Part shown: positions 20,667 to 54,017 of the stretch, in pieces | Position numbering within the stretch: the stretch's first letter is position 1 | Layout of the letters: each line of letters begins with the position of its first letter | Assembly: GCF_009914755.1 (NCBI RefSeq) | Contig: NC_060943.1 | Strand: one strand, 5' to 3' | Source: the human T2T-CHM13v2.0 reference genome, Homo sapiens | DNA length: 64,000 nucleotides | Translations under genes and position numbers: made by a program | The notes under the pieces: generated by a model | Told to the model about the DNA's origin: nothing | The model's input: only the letters and a program-made list of their open reading frames with translations | Database searches by the model: none

Positions 20667-20853
20667 TTACAGAGACGGGCCACAGGTATTCGTGATGACT
20701 TAATAAAATGAATAACAAGGTGGCTAACTGGATCATAAACTATGCTGTGAAGAGTAAACTCCACTCTAAAATACGATATTTTAAAAGAGTCAAGTCAGAT
20801 TGGAACTAGAAGGCATGCCCCTAGCATTTGAAAGAGTTACATCTAATTCATTA

Positions 20854-21045
<192 letters not shown>

Positions 21046-21295
21046 CTAATAGAAAGAAGAATGGATTTGTAGGTCATTACTACAAAACACTGTTCTCATG
21101 TCACAGAAGACCGAAGAAGCAGTTTTTCTTGTGAATAAACACTTTAGCATGAAACGAACTTCTAGGCATTCCTTCATAGTTGGGGTTAAACCTGACTTTG
21201 GCTATGATAGCTCTTCTCTATGAAGCTTGCAGAAAAGACCTGGGAAATTTCTGAATCTTTGAGGTTGTGATTTTAAGCAAGGGAAAAATAAAATA

Positions 21296-21590
21296 TTAGG
21301 TTGGTGCAAAAGTAACTGTGGGTTTTTTTGTTTTGTTTTGTTTTGTTTTGTTTTGTTTGAGATGGAGTCTCACTCTGTCACCCAGGCTCGAATGCAGTGG
21401 CGTGATCTCGGTTGACTGCAACCTCCGCCTCCCAAGTTCAAGCGATTCTCCTGCCTCGGCCTCCTGAGTAGCTGAGATTATAGGCAGGCACCACCACACC
21501 CGGCTAATTTTTGTATTTTTAGTGAGATGGGGTTTCGCCATCTCACGGTTTTAATGGTAAAAAACCGCAATTACTTTTGCACCAACCTAA
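21296..21590. mobile_element. MADE1 (Hsmar1 MITE) interrupted by a 5'-truncated Alu (-)
   Basis: TIRs TTAGGTTGGTGCAAAAGTAA / TTACTTTTGCACCAACCTAA with TA flanks. Confidence 0.9.
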
Positions 21591-21903
21591 TATGTATGAA
21601 TATTATACCAGCTTCATAATTAAGAATTTTCCACACAGAGAGTTTTCAATGTGGGCTGGGGCCCTGGATTAGAAGCTCAGGTCTAGTCTTGGCCTGTGTT
21701 AGTTGTGTGGCCCTGGACTGGTATTTCCTGGGTGTGTTTTCCTGTCTTCAGAATGATAGAGAGTAGTGGTTCTCCTCTGGGGGAAGGAGTGTAGACCACC
21801 CCTGGGGCTAGAAATGTGGATGGTTTATCAGTGCCCAGAACAGTTGCACAAAACAAGAACCATGCACCATGGAGAAGCTCCCATGGGCAGATGTCAAAGG
21901 GGT

Positions 21904-24799
<2,896 letters not shown>

Positions 24800-25805
24800 C
24801 TACAGCTCCCAGCGTGAGCAACGCAGAAGACGGGTGATTTCTGCATTTCCATCTGAGGTACCAGGTTCATCTCACTAGGGAGTGCCAGACAGTGGGCGCA
24901 GGACAGTGGGTGCAGCACACCGTGCATGAGCCGAAGCAGGGCAAGGCATTGCCTCACTCGGGAAGCACAAGGGGTCAGGGAGTTCCCTTTCCTAGTCAAA
25001 GAAAGGGGTGACAGACGGCACCTGGAAAATTGGGTCACTCCCACCCTAATACTGCGCTTTTCCAACGGGCTTAAAAAACGGTGCACCAGGAGATTATATC
25101 CCGCACCTGGCTCGGAGGGTCCTACGCCCACAGAGTCTCACTGATGGCTAGCACAGCAGTCTGAGATCAAACTGCAAGGCGGCAGCGAGGCTGGGGGAGG
25201 GGCGCCTGCCATTGCCCAGGCTTGATTAGGTAAACAAAGCAGCCAGGAAGCTCGAACTGGGTGGAGCCCACCACAGCTCAAGGAGGCCTGCCTGCCTCTG
25301 TAGGCTCCACCTCTGGGGGCAGGGCACAGACAGACAAAAAGACAGCAGTAACCTCTGCAGACTTAAATGTCCCTATCTGACAGCTTTGAAGAGAGTTGTG
25401 GTTCTCCCAGCACACAGCTGGAGATCTGAGAATGGGCAGACTGCCTCCTCAAATGGGTCCCTGACCCCCCAGCAGCCTAACTGGGAGGCAACCCCCCAGT
25501 AGGGGCAGACTGACACCTCACATGGCCGGGTACTCCTCTGAGACAAAAATTCCAGAGGAACAATCAGGCAGCAGCATTTGCAGGTCACCAAAATCCGCTG
25601 TTCTACAGCCACTGCTGTTCTGCAGCCACTGCTGCTGACACCCAGGCAAAAAGGGTCTGGAGTAGACCTCTAGAAAACTCCAGCAGACCTGCAGCTGAGG
25701 GTCCTGTCTGTTAGAAGGAAAACTAACAAACAGAAAGGACATCCACACCAAAAACCCATCTGTACATCACCATCATCAAAGACCAAAAGTAGATAAACCA
25801 CAAAG

Positions 25806-26823
25806 ATGGGGAAAAAACAGAGCAGAAAAACTGGAAACTCTAAAAAGCAGAGTGCCTCTCCTCTTCCAAAGGAATGCAGCTCCCTCACCAGCAATGGAAC
25901 AAAGCTGGACAGAGAATGACTTTGACGAGTTGAGAGAAGAAGGCTTCAGACGGTCCAACTACTCCGAGCTACAGGAGGAAATTCAAACCAATGGCAAAGA
26001 AGTTAGAAACTTTGAAAAAAAATTAGACAAATGGATAACTACAATAACCAATGCAGAGAAGTCCTTAAAGGAGCTGATGGAGCTGAAAGCCAAGGCTCGA
26101 GAACTACGTGAAGAATGCAGAAGCCTCAGGAGCCGATGCGATCAACTGGAAGAAACGGTATCAGTAATGGAAGATGAAATGAATGAAATGAAGCGAGAAG
26201 GGAAGTTTAGAGAAAAAAGAATAAAAAGAAATGAACAAAGCCTCCAAGAAATATGGGACTATGTGAAAAGACCAAATCTACGTCTGATTGGTGTACCTGA
26301 AAGTAACGGGGAGAATGGAACCAAGTTGGAAAACACTCTGCAGGGTATTATCCAGGAGAACTTCCCCAATCTAGCAAGGCAGGCCAATATTCAGATTCAG
26401 GAAATACAGAGAATGCCACAAAGATACTCCTCGAGAAGGGCAACTCCAAGACACATAATTGTCAGATTCACCAAAGTTGAAATGAAGGAAAAAATGCTAA
26501 GGGCAGCCAGAGAGAAAGGCTGGGTTACCCACAAAGGGAAGCCGGTCAGACTAACAGCGGATCTCTTGGCAGAAACTCTACAAGCCAGAAGAGAGTGGGG
26601 GCCAACATTCAGCATTCTTAAAGAAAAGAATTTTCAACCCAGAATTTCGTACCCACCCAAGCTAAGCTTCATAAGTGAAGGAGAAATAAAATACTTTACA
26701 GACAAGCAAATGCTGAGAGATTTTGTCACCACCAGGCCTGCCCTAAAAGAGCTCCTGAAGGAAGCACTAAACATGGAAAGGAACAACCGGTACCAGCCAC
26801 TGCAAAAACATGCCAAAATGTAA
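25806..26823 (+). pseudogene. L1 ORF1, +1 frameshift near 25881-25884
   Basis: ATG GGG AAA AAA CAG at 25806; the rest is open in another frame through ...LQKHAKM*. Confidence 0.9.
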
Positions 26824-26886
26824 AGACCATCAAGGCTAGGAAGAAACTGCATCAACTAACGAGCAAAATAACCAGCTAACATCATA

Positions 26887-30694
<3,808 letters not shown>

Positions 30695-30936
30695 ACAATG
30701 AGAACACATGGACACAGGAAGGGGAACATCACACTCCGGGGACTGTTGTGGGGTGGGGGGAGCGGGGAGGGATAGCATTAGGAGATATACCTAACGTTAA
30801 AATGACGAGTTAATGGGTGCAGCACACCAACATGGCACATGTATACATATGTAACAAACCTGCACATTGTGCACATGTACCCTAAAACTTAAAGTGTAAT
30901 AATAATAAAATTAAAAAAAAAGAAGAATTGATATCA

Positions 30937-36460
<5,524 letters not shown>

Positions 36461-36540
36461 GTGAAGGATTTGTTAAGTTATGCTACATCTGAAAGTGTGA
36501 TACAACACAGCTGGTGGCAGTCTCTAGACCAGATGGGTCT

Positions 36541-36714
36541 AAAGGATTGGCAAACCACAGCTGTTTGGGCAAATAAAGTTTTATTGGAACATGACCATGG
36601 CTGTTCACTCTTGGGTACCAAGGCAGAGTTGAGAATCTGTGACAGAGGTTTATGCAGCCTGCGAGCCTGGAATATTTACCATCTGGCCCTTTAAGGGAAA
36701 GTTAGCCAATTCTG
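36541..36714 (+). mobile_element. MER58A-like hAT-Charlie element
   Basis: aaataaagttttattggaac...aatatttaccatctggccctt motifs. Confidence 0.75.
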
Positions 36715-37167
36715 GGTTATTTATTAATTTGCTAATTAGCAAATTAGTTTGTATATATTAACATGGGGAAGATGTTCAGGAAATATCACTATGTGAAAAA
36801 TATCACTAGGTGAAAAGGTAAAAAGTGCCACGTGGAAAACCAGTGCCTCATTCACGCGGTGTCGCTTCCCTTCGCCTCAGCATGGGCAGCTTCCCCCCCA
36901 TGTTGGGAACTAGGGCCCCCTGGAGTGGAAAGGCTGAGATTCCAGGCAGCCTTGATCAATTCCCGTGTGCAGGCCCATCCATGCCTTCCTGGCCAGTTTG
37001 CGGTGTGGGTTCAAGCTACATCCCTTCTCTGGATTTGGGTCTCCTACTTGTACTGGCGTGGGTTTCGCCTGGCAGAACCCTGAGGATTTTAGCTGTGTGT
37101 CTTCCTCGGGGGTGATATTGCTTTCGCCGCCCCTGTCCACCCTGGGAGTGACGGTGGGGGTCCCCTA

Positions 37168-37992
<825 letters not shown>

Positions 37993-38259
37993 CGTAATTC
38001 TTGGTCATTTCAATATCCTGACACCTTCACCTCTCACTTCCCTGAACCCCCACTCCAACCGGAATGGCTGAATTCTCCCTCCCACCTCAGCAGCCCCCAG
38101 TCTTGTGGTCAGTGACCTCAACACTTATCCAAACTGCGTCTCCTCCACCTTCCAAATCCCCAACACGTGGTTGTCTGTTTGCAACTGCAGGAGGCCCCCA
38201 GCCACCTCTTCACTGACCCCAATGCCTCTCACCTCTCACCTTCTATGATTCATTATTAT

Positions 38260-38295
38260 TTAGGGTGGTGCAAAAGTAATTGCCAGTTTTGCCAA
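38260..38295. mobile_element. Half MADE1
   Basis: ttagggtggtgcaaaagtaattgccagttttgcca matches one TIR. Confidence 0.7.
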
Positions 38296-38518
38296 AAATA
38301 TATATATTTTTTAATATATAATGACCTAATATAATGACCTCCCCCGACTCCCTGGCACTTTCTGCCTCTGCTTCATGCTTGCCTGCCGAACCCTCACCCT
38401 GGCTAGCCCGGCCCTGCCTCCAGCTCCATGCCGTGCGTGCCCAGTCCATGTCCCCGTCCGTGAATATCGCCCTCCTTCCCTGGGAGGGAGCTCACCTCCA
38501 GTGCTGACACCTGCCTTA

Positions 38519-38824
<306 letters not shown>

Positions 38825-39003
38825 TCAAATGAGAATGCTGCCTCTCTCAGACTCCAGAGCAGTTCACATGGAACTGTTTATAAAGCAAAATAAGCCAGAG
38901 ATAAAGGAAGACCAAGCTCTTCCCTCCCTTAGGAGCCACTGCTCTGTCCCAAACCAAACCAAACTCTAAGCGTGCATAGTGAGCTCATAAGAAACCATTC
39001 GCT

Positions 39004-40570
<1,567 letters not shown>

Positions 40571-40845
40571 AACCTGAGCTTGGGCCCTGGCTGCCTCTGA
40601 TTTGGCTGAGCCTGTGTTGGCCCAGTGAGGGTTCTACACAGAGCACTCTGGCTGACTGAGCAGGTGTCTCAGGGAATAAAGGGGAGAGGTTGTCGCATCC
40701 TTCACAAAAAGGAAATGTGAGGGTGAATGTCAGAGTCACACCAAACCCCAGAAAGGAGAACTCATTGTTTTCCATGACAGGTGGAGTTAAAGTCACCTGG
40801 AGAACCCCACCCACCCCCAGACTCGGGACATCTCAGGACACCTCA

Positions 40846-42389
<1,544 letters not shown>

Positions 42390-42824
42390 CACCCCTACTC
42401 CCCCACCAGCCACCATATCATCTCCCAAATTCCAAGAGGGCAGATCCAAACATGGGAGTTTAAGGACCTTTTAAAAGAACCTGGAGATGACCTTAGCCGG
42501 GCTGCCTCAGATGGCGAAAAATTATCAGGGCGTGGTAAGCAGCCTCCCGAGTAGCTGGGATTACAGGCACCTGCCACCACGCCAGGAGAAGCTGGGCCCT
42601 GAGCCAAGGCTCTGCCCTGCAGGACAGCCAGCGGCACCCCTCCCTGCAGCCCCCACGGGCCTGGGGGTCCCCAGTGTGCAGCACCCACAGGTACTGCAAA
42701 GGCTGATGCCAGGCCCTGCCTGGGCTCTCACCAGAGACTCACTGGGGAGGAGCTGAGGGCGGAGTCCCCAGACACCCTCTGTGCCAGGTCTTTTCTGACC
42801 CCTGCCCTGGGCTCAGGTACTCAC

Positions 42825-43067
42825 AGATGGCGGCGGCGGCCAGGCATTTCACAACGATTTGAGGAGGCTTGCAGCCCACATAGAAGGGCGCACACACATA
42901 CTCGGAGAAGCTGAGGCAGATGATGGCGAAGGACGTGGGCTTAATGACGATCAGGCTGGCCCAGGAGAAGAGGTAGGCGGGGATGGGCCCGTAGGCCTCC
43001 ATCAGGTAGGGATACTCTCCCCCTGACTTGGTGATCATTGTGCCAAGCTCCGCAAAGCACAGGGCAC
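42825..43067 (-). CDS. SLC7A9: SLC7A9 exon 4 ([21 protein letters not shown]...[18 protein letters not shown]), 243 nt
   Basis: TCCAG acceptor, TCT|GTGAGT donor; contains Cys144 (rBAT disulfide); G105 and V142 present. Confidence 0.98.
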
Positions 43068-43235
43068 CTGGAACACAGAGAGGAAGGGCCCACAGGCCCC
43101 TTGTGAGGCACTGCCCCGGCCCCAGGGAGCCTTCCTCCCACCGGAGGCTGCGCTCGTATGGAGGGGCCCACCGTGGTCCGCCCTCGCTGGACGGCCCTGA
43201 GCTCCAGCGTTGGACATTCAGTCCAGCCTGATTTA

Positions 43236-43685
<450 letters not shown>

Positions 43686-44029
43686 TTAACGTGATTAATT
43701 ATCGTGACAGCCCCGCGAGCTGGCCACACTGTGTCACCCCCATGGACAGAGGAGGACGCTGAGGCACAGAAAGATTAGGAGGCTGTCCGGGGTTTACAGC
43801 TAGAGAGGGGGAAACCTGGCTCAGGTTCCACGTGCCTAACCGTGATCCTGTGCCCTCAATGAAAAGGCTGACTTGGCAACAGCTCACCAATAAGAAAGGC
43901 CCTCGGGATACGCCTCTGAGCCTAGAGTCCTGGCCAGAGGCTCCATGCAGGGTGAGCAACGGAGGCCTCCCAGAAACAGAAACATTTGGGCACTCTGAAC
44001 TTTCTGTGGTGCCATTTTCTTTTATCTTA

Positions 44030-47035
<3,006 letters not shown>

Positions 47036-47124
47036 TTAAAGATGTACTTCACAAATCAAAGAGTACATCTTCTGCCGTGTCACTAGGGATCGGCCCGGAT
47101 TTCACTGCCTGCGCCCCTCGTTCA

Positions 47125-47433
<309 letters not shown>

Positions 47434-47458
47434 TCATGCGCTGGGCCCCAGAGTCAAA

Positions 47459-47471
47459 GTCAGTCATTAAC
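47459..47471 (-). promoter_or_regulatory. HNF1-like site in intron 1
   Basis: GTTAATGACTGAC, 11/13 match to GTTAATNATTAAC. Confidence 0.5.
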
Positions 47472-47623
47472 ATTGTCCAGGCAGGGGAACACAGCTCCCC
47501 GCTGCTCTCCAAAGCTCAGCTGCTTGCTTAGCTCTCTCCCAGACAGGCCCCGGGAGCCTCCTGGCCCACGTGCCTGTGCCTTGAAAGTCATTCTACCTCT
47601 ATGGTCAACTTCATTTTTTTTCA

Positions 47624-48239
<616 letters not shown>

Positions 48240-48413
48240 AGGTACTTTTTCATTGAGTGATGAAAGGAAAGAAAACATTGCCGAGGAAACCCAGTTCCAG
48301 ACTGAACTAGGAGAAAACCATGCACTCCTGTACCCTCTCTCTAAATAAATTATCTGTCCAGGCCCCGGCCAGGAGAGCCATGAGCCTTTCTATCACCTAC
48401 TGACCTTACTTAC

Positions 48414-48495
48414 CTTCCTCCGTGACCCTGCAGAGCCGGAGGAGCTGCGGCCCAGCTGACCGCCCGTGCCTGCTCGGTCCAACCCTAGAAATGGC
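48414..48495 (-). other. SLC7A9: Probable SLC7A9 non-coding exon 1 (5' end approximate)
   Basis: Perfect donor AAG|GTAAGT at 48414/48413, GC-rich, just downstream of HNF1/DR1 motifs. Confidence 0.7.
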
Positions 48496-48530
48496 CATGT
48501 CTTGTGCCCAGGAGCAAAGGAAGTCCAGAA

Positions 48531-48561
48531 GGTACAGAGGTCAATAAGGGTAATTATTAAA
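48531..48561. promoter_or_regulatory. SLC7A9 proximal promoter: DR1 (HNF4-type) next to an HNF1-like site
   Basis: GGTACA-G-AGGTCA at 48531-48543; GGTAATTATTAAA at 48549-48561 (11/13). Confidence 0.55.
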
Positions 48562-50357
48562 CACCTTTTTTTTTTTTTTTTGCAATGAAGCTTAGATACG
48601 CCACACAAAAAAGGGGAGGGTCAGGCACACCAATTTCTCTCCAAAACCGTTTTTGTTTTGTTCATTTGTGTCTAGGTCAGATTATTTTTTTAAAACCAGA
48701 TGGTCCCAAATCGTCTACACTTTTTACCTAAAGATAAAATAAATTATGCCTTCTTTTATCTTTGGGAATCAGAGGAGATAAACTTTGGAACCAATTCGCT
48801 AATTGCCTTAATAGGCTATATTTAAAACCCAAGTCAGGCAGCTCAAACAGGAACCGCTGTGTGTGCGTAACTCAGCTGTTGGTCAGTTTCCTCCCCGCCC
48901 AGGAATTTCCCCCAAGCCACGGGCCTGCCTCTGGCTGAGCAGGTGAGAGCGGCTGAGCCCGTCCCACTCCTCTTTACCAGTGATGGGGCTTCACCACTTG
49001 GAATCACAAGCAGGCCTGAGGCAATGCAGGGCCTCGTGTCCTCCCTGCAGCTGCGGCCAAATGCCCATCAGGTTTGGCTGTGGTGCTGTTCACGTAGCCA
49101 TGTCCTGGCTCATCACAAGGGACACAAAACCTTCCCCTTCGGGGAAACGGAGGGGGACAGGCAACACAAGGCCAGGAAGCTCCGGTCCGCATCCAGGGCT
49201 GCCAGGGTCTGGATCTCTCTGGGAGGGAGCAGAGGTTCTCCCGCACTGCGATTGGACCTAGGCTCAGGCGGCAGCCTCAGGGGTCAGCACGAAGCCCTTT
49301 CAGATAGGGAAGGAAGCACCTTATGAGACCTTATGAGACAGCCTGGCACAGCATAAGCACTGCATCTGAAGCATCGTAGCTGTTACCTTCAGCCAAAACT
49401 CTGGTAGCTTTGCCTTGGGCCAAACTTAACTGCATCCCAGATATCAGATGGAAGCAAAGGTCAGGGATGGAAGGAGCTGGGCCAGTCTCTGGGGGTCAGT
49501 TTGGGAGCAGTTTGGGGCAAGCAGACCTGAGAGAGGCACAGGTTTCTCTGAAAGCCGTCTGCAGAGCACAGGGACCCTTGTTGTCCCAGAGGCACGGTCC
49601 TGATTTAGAAGTTCGTTACCTCCCATCTTGGGAGGGCCCACCTGTTTACCTGCCTGCCATGCCCAGAGCCCTGAGCAGAGAGGCTAGTGGCAGGTCCTGC
49701 CACCCTAGACAGAACCTGCCCACCGGCTTGCTGGGGTCACTCCTCCTAATGTTGCAGCACTCATCATAGTACCTGGCACATCCATGTTTGCAAAACACCA
49801 CAGAATACCCCCTGGGTCAAAAGTGCTCCTGGCAGGCTGACAGGAGACCACGTGAGGACATCAGGGTGGGGCAGTGGTCCCCCGCTGGGGCCAGACAGCC
49901 CTGCAACCTCACCCACTACCCACATGGGCTCAGGCAGCACTGCCAGGATCAGGGTCTGAACCTGCGACGCGGGGCGAGCAACAGGCGCCTCCTCACGGAA
50001 CACACTGAACTTGCATGTTCCATGAATGTCCGGGACCAGCCCTCTGGTCTTCCTGGGCCTCTTCCAAGTGCCGAGTCTGGAACGTCGGGATGTGAGGGTC
50101 CTTTGTTAAGTCAGAAACCTCCACTTCAGTTCATTTTGGGTCCACGGTGAGCATTTCTTAAGCCTGTTTCTTAAAGTTGTGTTTTTCACCGCAGTCCCAC
50201 CCTCTCCCTCCCTTGAATACACAGAAAGTATTCAAGTAATTCTCATAAGCTCTTCCTCATGGAAAATAATACGGATTTCATTTAAAAAGCAAAATTTTCC
50301 TCAGTTCTTGAAGACCATTGGTTCATTGTGTATCCAGTGCTTCTGCCATGTGACTGA

Positions 50358-50498
<141 letters not shown>

Positions 50499-50610
50499 TG
50501 AGTAGCTGGGATTACAGGCATCCACCACCATGCCTGGCTAATTTTTGTATTTTTAGTAGAGATGGGGTTTCACCATGTTGGCCAGGTTGGTCTTGAACTC
50601 CTGACCTTAA

Positions 50611-50869
<259 letters not shown>

Positions 50870-51103
50870 TGATCTTGAACTCCTGACCTCAAGTAATCCA
50901 CCCGCTTCAGCCTCCCAAAGTGCTGGGATTACAGGTGTGAGCCACCACACCCGCCCAACCACTCTATTTCTTAAGTTTCTGCTAAAGACTCTTGACCTTC
51001 ATTTTCAACCCGTGCTTTTTCCCTTCCGATTGCAAAAATGCTTGCAGTGTGAAGATCTTCACACCATCTACATTTTATCTTATATTTGGTGCACATTTGA
51101 TTT

Positions 51104-51620
51104 CAGTTGGGGAGGGTAAAATGCTTCTCTCCACCCTTTTGGGTTCTTTGGTTGGGCTTCGAATTGAGACTAATGGGAGGAAAACTGTTTTAATTATGTG
51201 TATATGCAACAGAGTCCCACAAAACAAGAGACTTGAAGAAGGGCCAGATGACTAAACCCTATATAGCATCCTGAGCTATATAAGGATTAGGGGCTTGGGG
51301 CTTCTGGGGCAGGTAGGGACTAGTAATGGGATGGTGAGGGGAGGAAATGCATGGCGAATAAAGGTCGTCTTGTTATGCAGATATAAGTCTCTCAGGTAAT
51401 AAAAGTTGTCTCTTCCTGGTACAGATACTTGTACTAATGTAGATTTCCTTCATGACATACATTTCTTTTGCAAAGGGCAGCTTTTCAGAGCTACACCTGT
51501 TGTGTCTGCAGTTTCTCAGAATAACCAGCTCAAAATATTCCAAAGAAGTATAATTTGGGGTGATATATATCTAGTCTCCTACAGTCATATTTTGGGGGTG
51601 GTGTGTCCTGAGCCCCAACA
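51104..51620 (-). mobile_element. MER34/MER39-like ERV1 LTR
   Basis: Minus-strand start TGTTGGGGCTCAGGACACACCACCCCCAAAATATG is typical of this group. Confidence 0.7.
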
Positions 51621-52889
51621 TTTCCTTCTCCTGTGATGGTTTGTGTCTGAGACAGGGTCTCTTGCTCCCATGCTAGAGTGCAATGGCGTGATCATGGCTC
51701 ACTCCAGCCTTGACCTCTTGGGCTCAAGTGATCCTCCCATTTCAGCCTCTCAAAGTGTTGAGATTACAGGCGTAAGCCATTGCACCTGGCCTCCTGTGAT
51801 GGTTTTAAAGACGTCTTTAATCCCATAGTGTCAGTCCATTTCTGCACAGCCTCTGGGCTGCCCAGCTGGGTGCCTTGTTCTCTAATTCACTGTCCTCGTG
51901 ACAGAGGCAAGGTCTGGGGCAAACATTCAGGCAGAGGCTGAATCTTCCTTTACCGCTGAAAGCTTGTTCCAGACCTGCCTTCAAGTTTTCACCTTCTCCT
52001 ATTCATTAAGTTCACTCGGTCTTGTATTCCTTCCCACTGCTGCTGACGGTAGCAGTTGGGGATTTGGAGGGGGACCCAAAAGACAGAAATAACTGGCATA
52101 CTACCACAGATAGAAGAGTTGTTTGTTCCCTTACTACCTGAATTCCAACCAGAAGAACTTGTGATGAGTTAGCGATGTGCAAAGCCTTTCGATGTCAGGG
52201 ACGTGCTGTCTAGCCATAAAACAATTAGCAAGGAAAGCATAAACATAATTTCAAAACTCTTATCTAGGAACAATCTATATATATCCAACAACTATTGGAA
52301 TAGTACAATTCTGCCTTCGAACTTTGTCCATCATTTTTATGTGTTCCAAGTAATATGGTTTTGCATTAAATAACCTGCGTGGGGAAGACAGTTGCAGCAT
52401 GCTGTCAAAACACGACTTCCCATCCTGCTCCCTTCCCCACCGACCTCGTCATGATTCATGGTCGCTGCCTCTTTTCTCAACCACGGTGGCCACACATGAT
52501 GAAAGTTGTGATCGCTGCTGATTTTGGGGAAAGAGGGTTCTGTGTCATCAAACATCTTTAATAAAGAGTTACTATTTTGGGGGCCGGGTGCTGTGGCTGT
52601 GCGCCTGTAATCTCAGCACTTTGTGAGGCCGAGGCAGGGAGACTGTTTGAGGCCAGGAGTTTGAGACCAACCTGGGCAACATAGCGAGCGCCTGTCTTTA
52701 CGAAAAGAATTTAAAAATATTATCCAGGCATGATGGTGTGCACCTATAGTCCCAGCTACTCTTGGGAGGCTGGGGCAGGAGGACTGCTTGAGTCCAGGAG
52801 TTCAAGGCTGCAGTGAGCTACGATCGTGCCACTGGACTCCAGTCTGGGTGACAGATGGAGACTCTAACATAGGAAGTTACCATTTTTTG

Positions 52890-53230
52890 TAATCTTGTTT
52901 CTGTCTGCCCAGCATCCACAACTTGGGGGGAACTGTCCCTTTCTGTGGGACACTGGTGGGCTACCAACCAAAAGACCTCACTTCTCTGGCCACACAGGAG
53001 GGCTCAGGACGTCAGGTCAGCCAAGAGGCCATTGTCTCCCAGGATTTGCTACCTGAGTGAAGCACAGGGTAGGCTGACGGTGTTCAACTACTGAGACCCT
53101 CACCCCAAGGCTATTGCAGCTTCTGTCCTTCTCAAAACATGGTGGAAGCCACAGAGTGTACATTTCCAAAATATTTCCTTCTTTCCCTTAACATTGGGCA
53201 GTATAGTTCTGTTGCTTGCAACCCAGCCCT
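52890..53230 (-). mobile_element. Possible MLT1 (MaLR) LTR remnant
   Basis: ttgtttctgtctgcccagcatcc and ttctgttgcttgcaacc motifs. Confidence 0.45.
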
Positions 53231-53854
53231 GGTATGCTACATATACTACACACGGACCCTTCACTTTCAAAGAATTATTCTTTAATAAAATACTCAGGAC
53301 CCTCCTGACCAGGTGAAATAGATGCTCCAGGCTCCTGATGACCCAAGGCAGCAATGCTGTCACCTCAGTGCACTCTCCCTGTCTCATCTATACCCTCTGT
53401 AGAGTGCTGACACACGGGTGGACTGTGGAACAAGGGGATGGCGGCCCAGAGCACCCAGCACAGACGCGGGGAGCCAGCCTGGGTCCTCAGTAGCAGGTGG
53501 CATGCCCAGTTCCAGGAAGCAGCCTCATGCGCTCCGTAGGTTTGAAGTCTCCATAGCCCAGCCTGGGTCCTCACTACCTCTGTCCTGTTGTTTGCAGACA
53601 TTGGGCCTGCAAAGCAGCCCAGCAGGGCCCTGCAGGTGAATATCAACTACAAAAGCCGCCCTTCTTCTTTCTCTCCAAAACCCTCCTACCCAGTCCACCC
53701 CTAGTCAAAAATGAGGAAAAGAGCCGAGCCTGAGGCTGGGGATGGTGGCTCATGCCTGTAATCCCAGCACCTTGGGAGGCTGAGGTGGGCGGATCACTTG
53801 AGGTCAGGAGTTTGAGACTAGCCTGGCCAACGTGGCAAAACCCTGTCTCTACTA

Positions 53855-54017
<163 letters not shown>

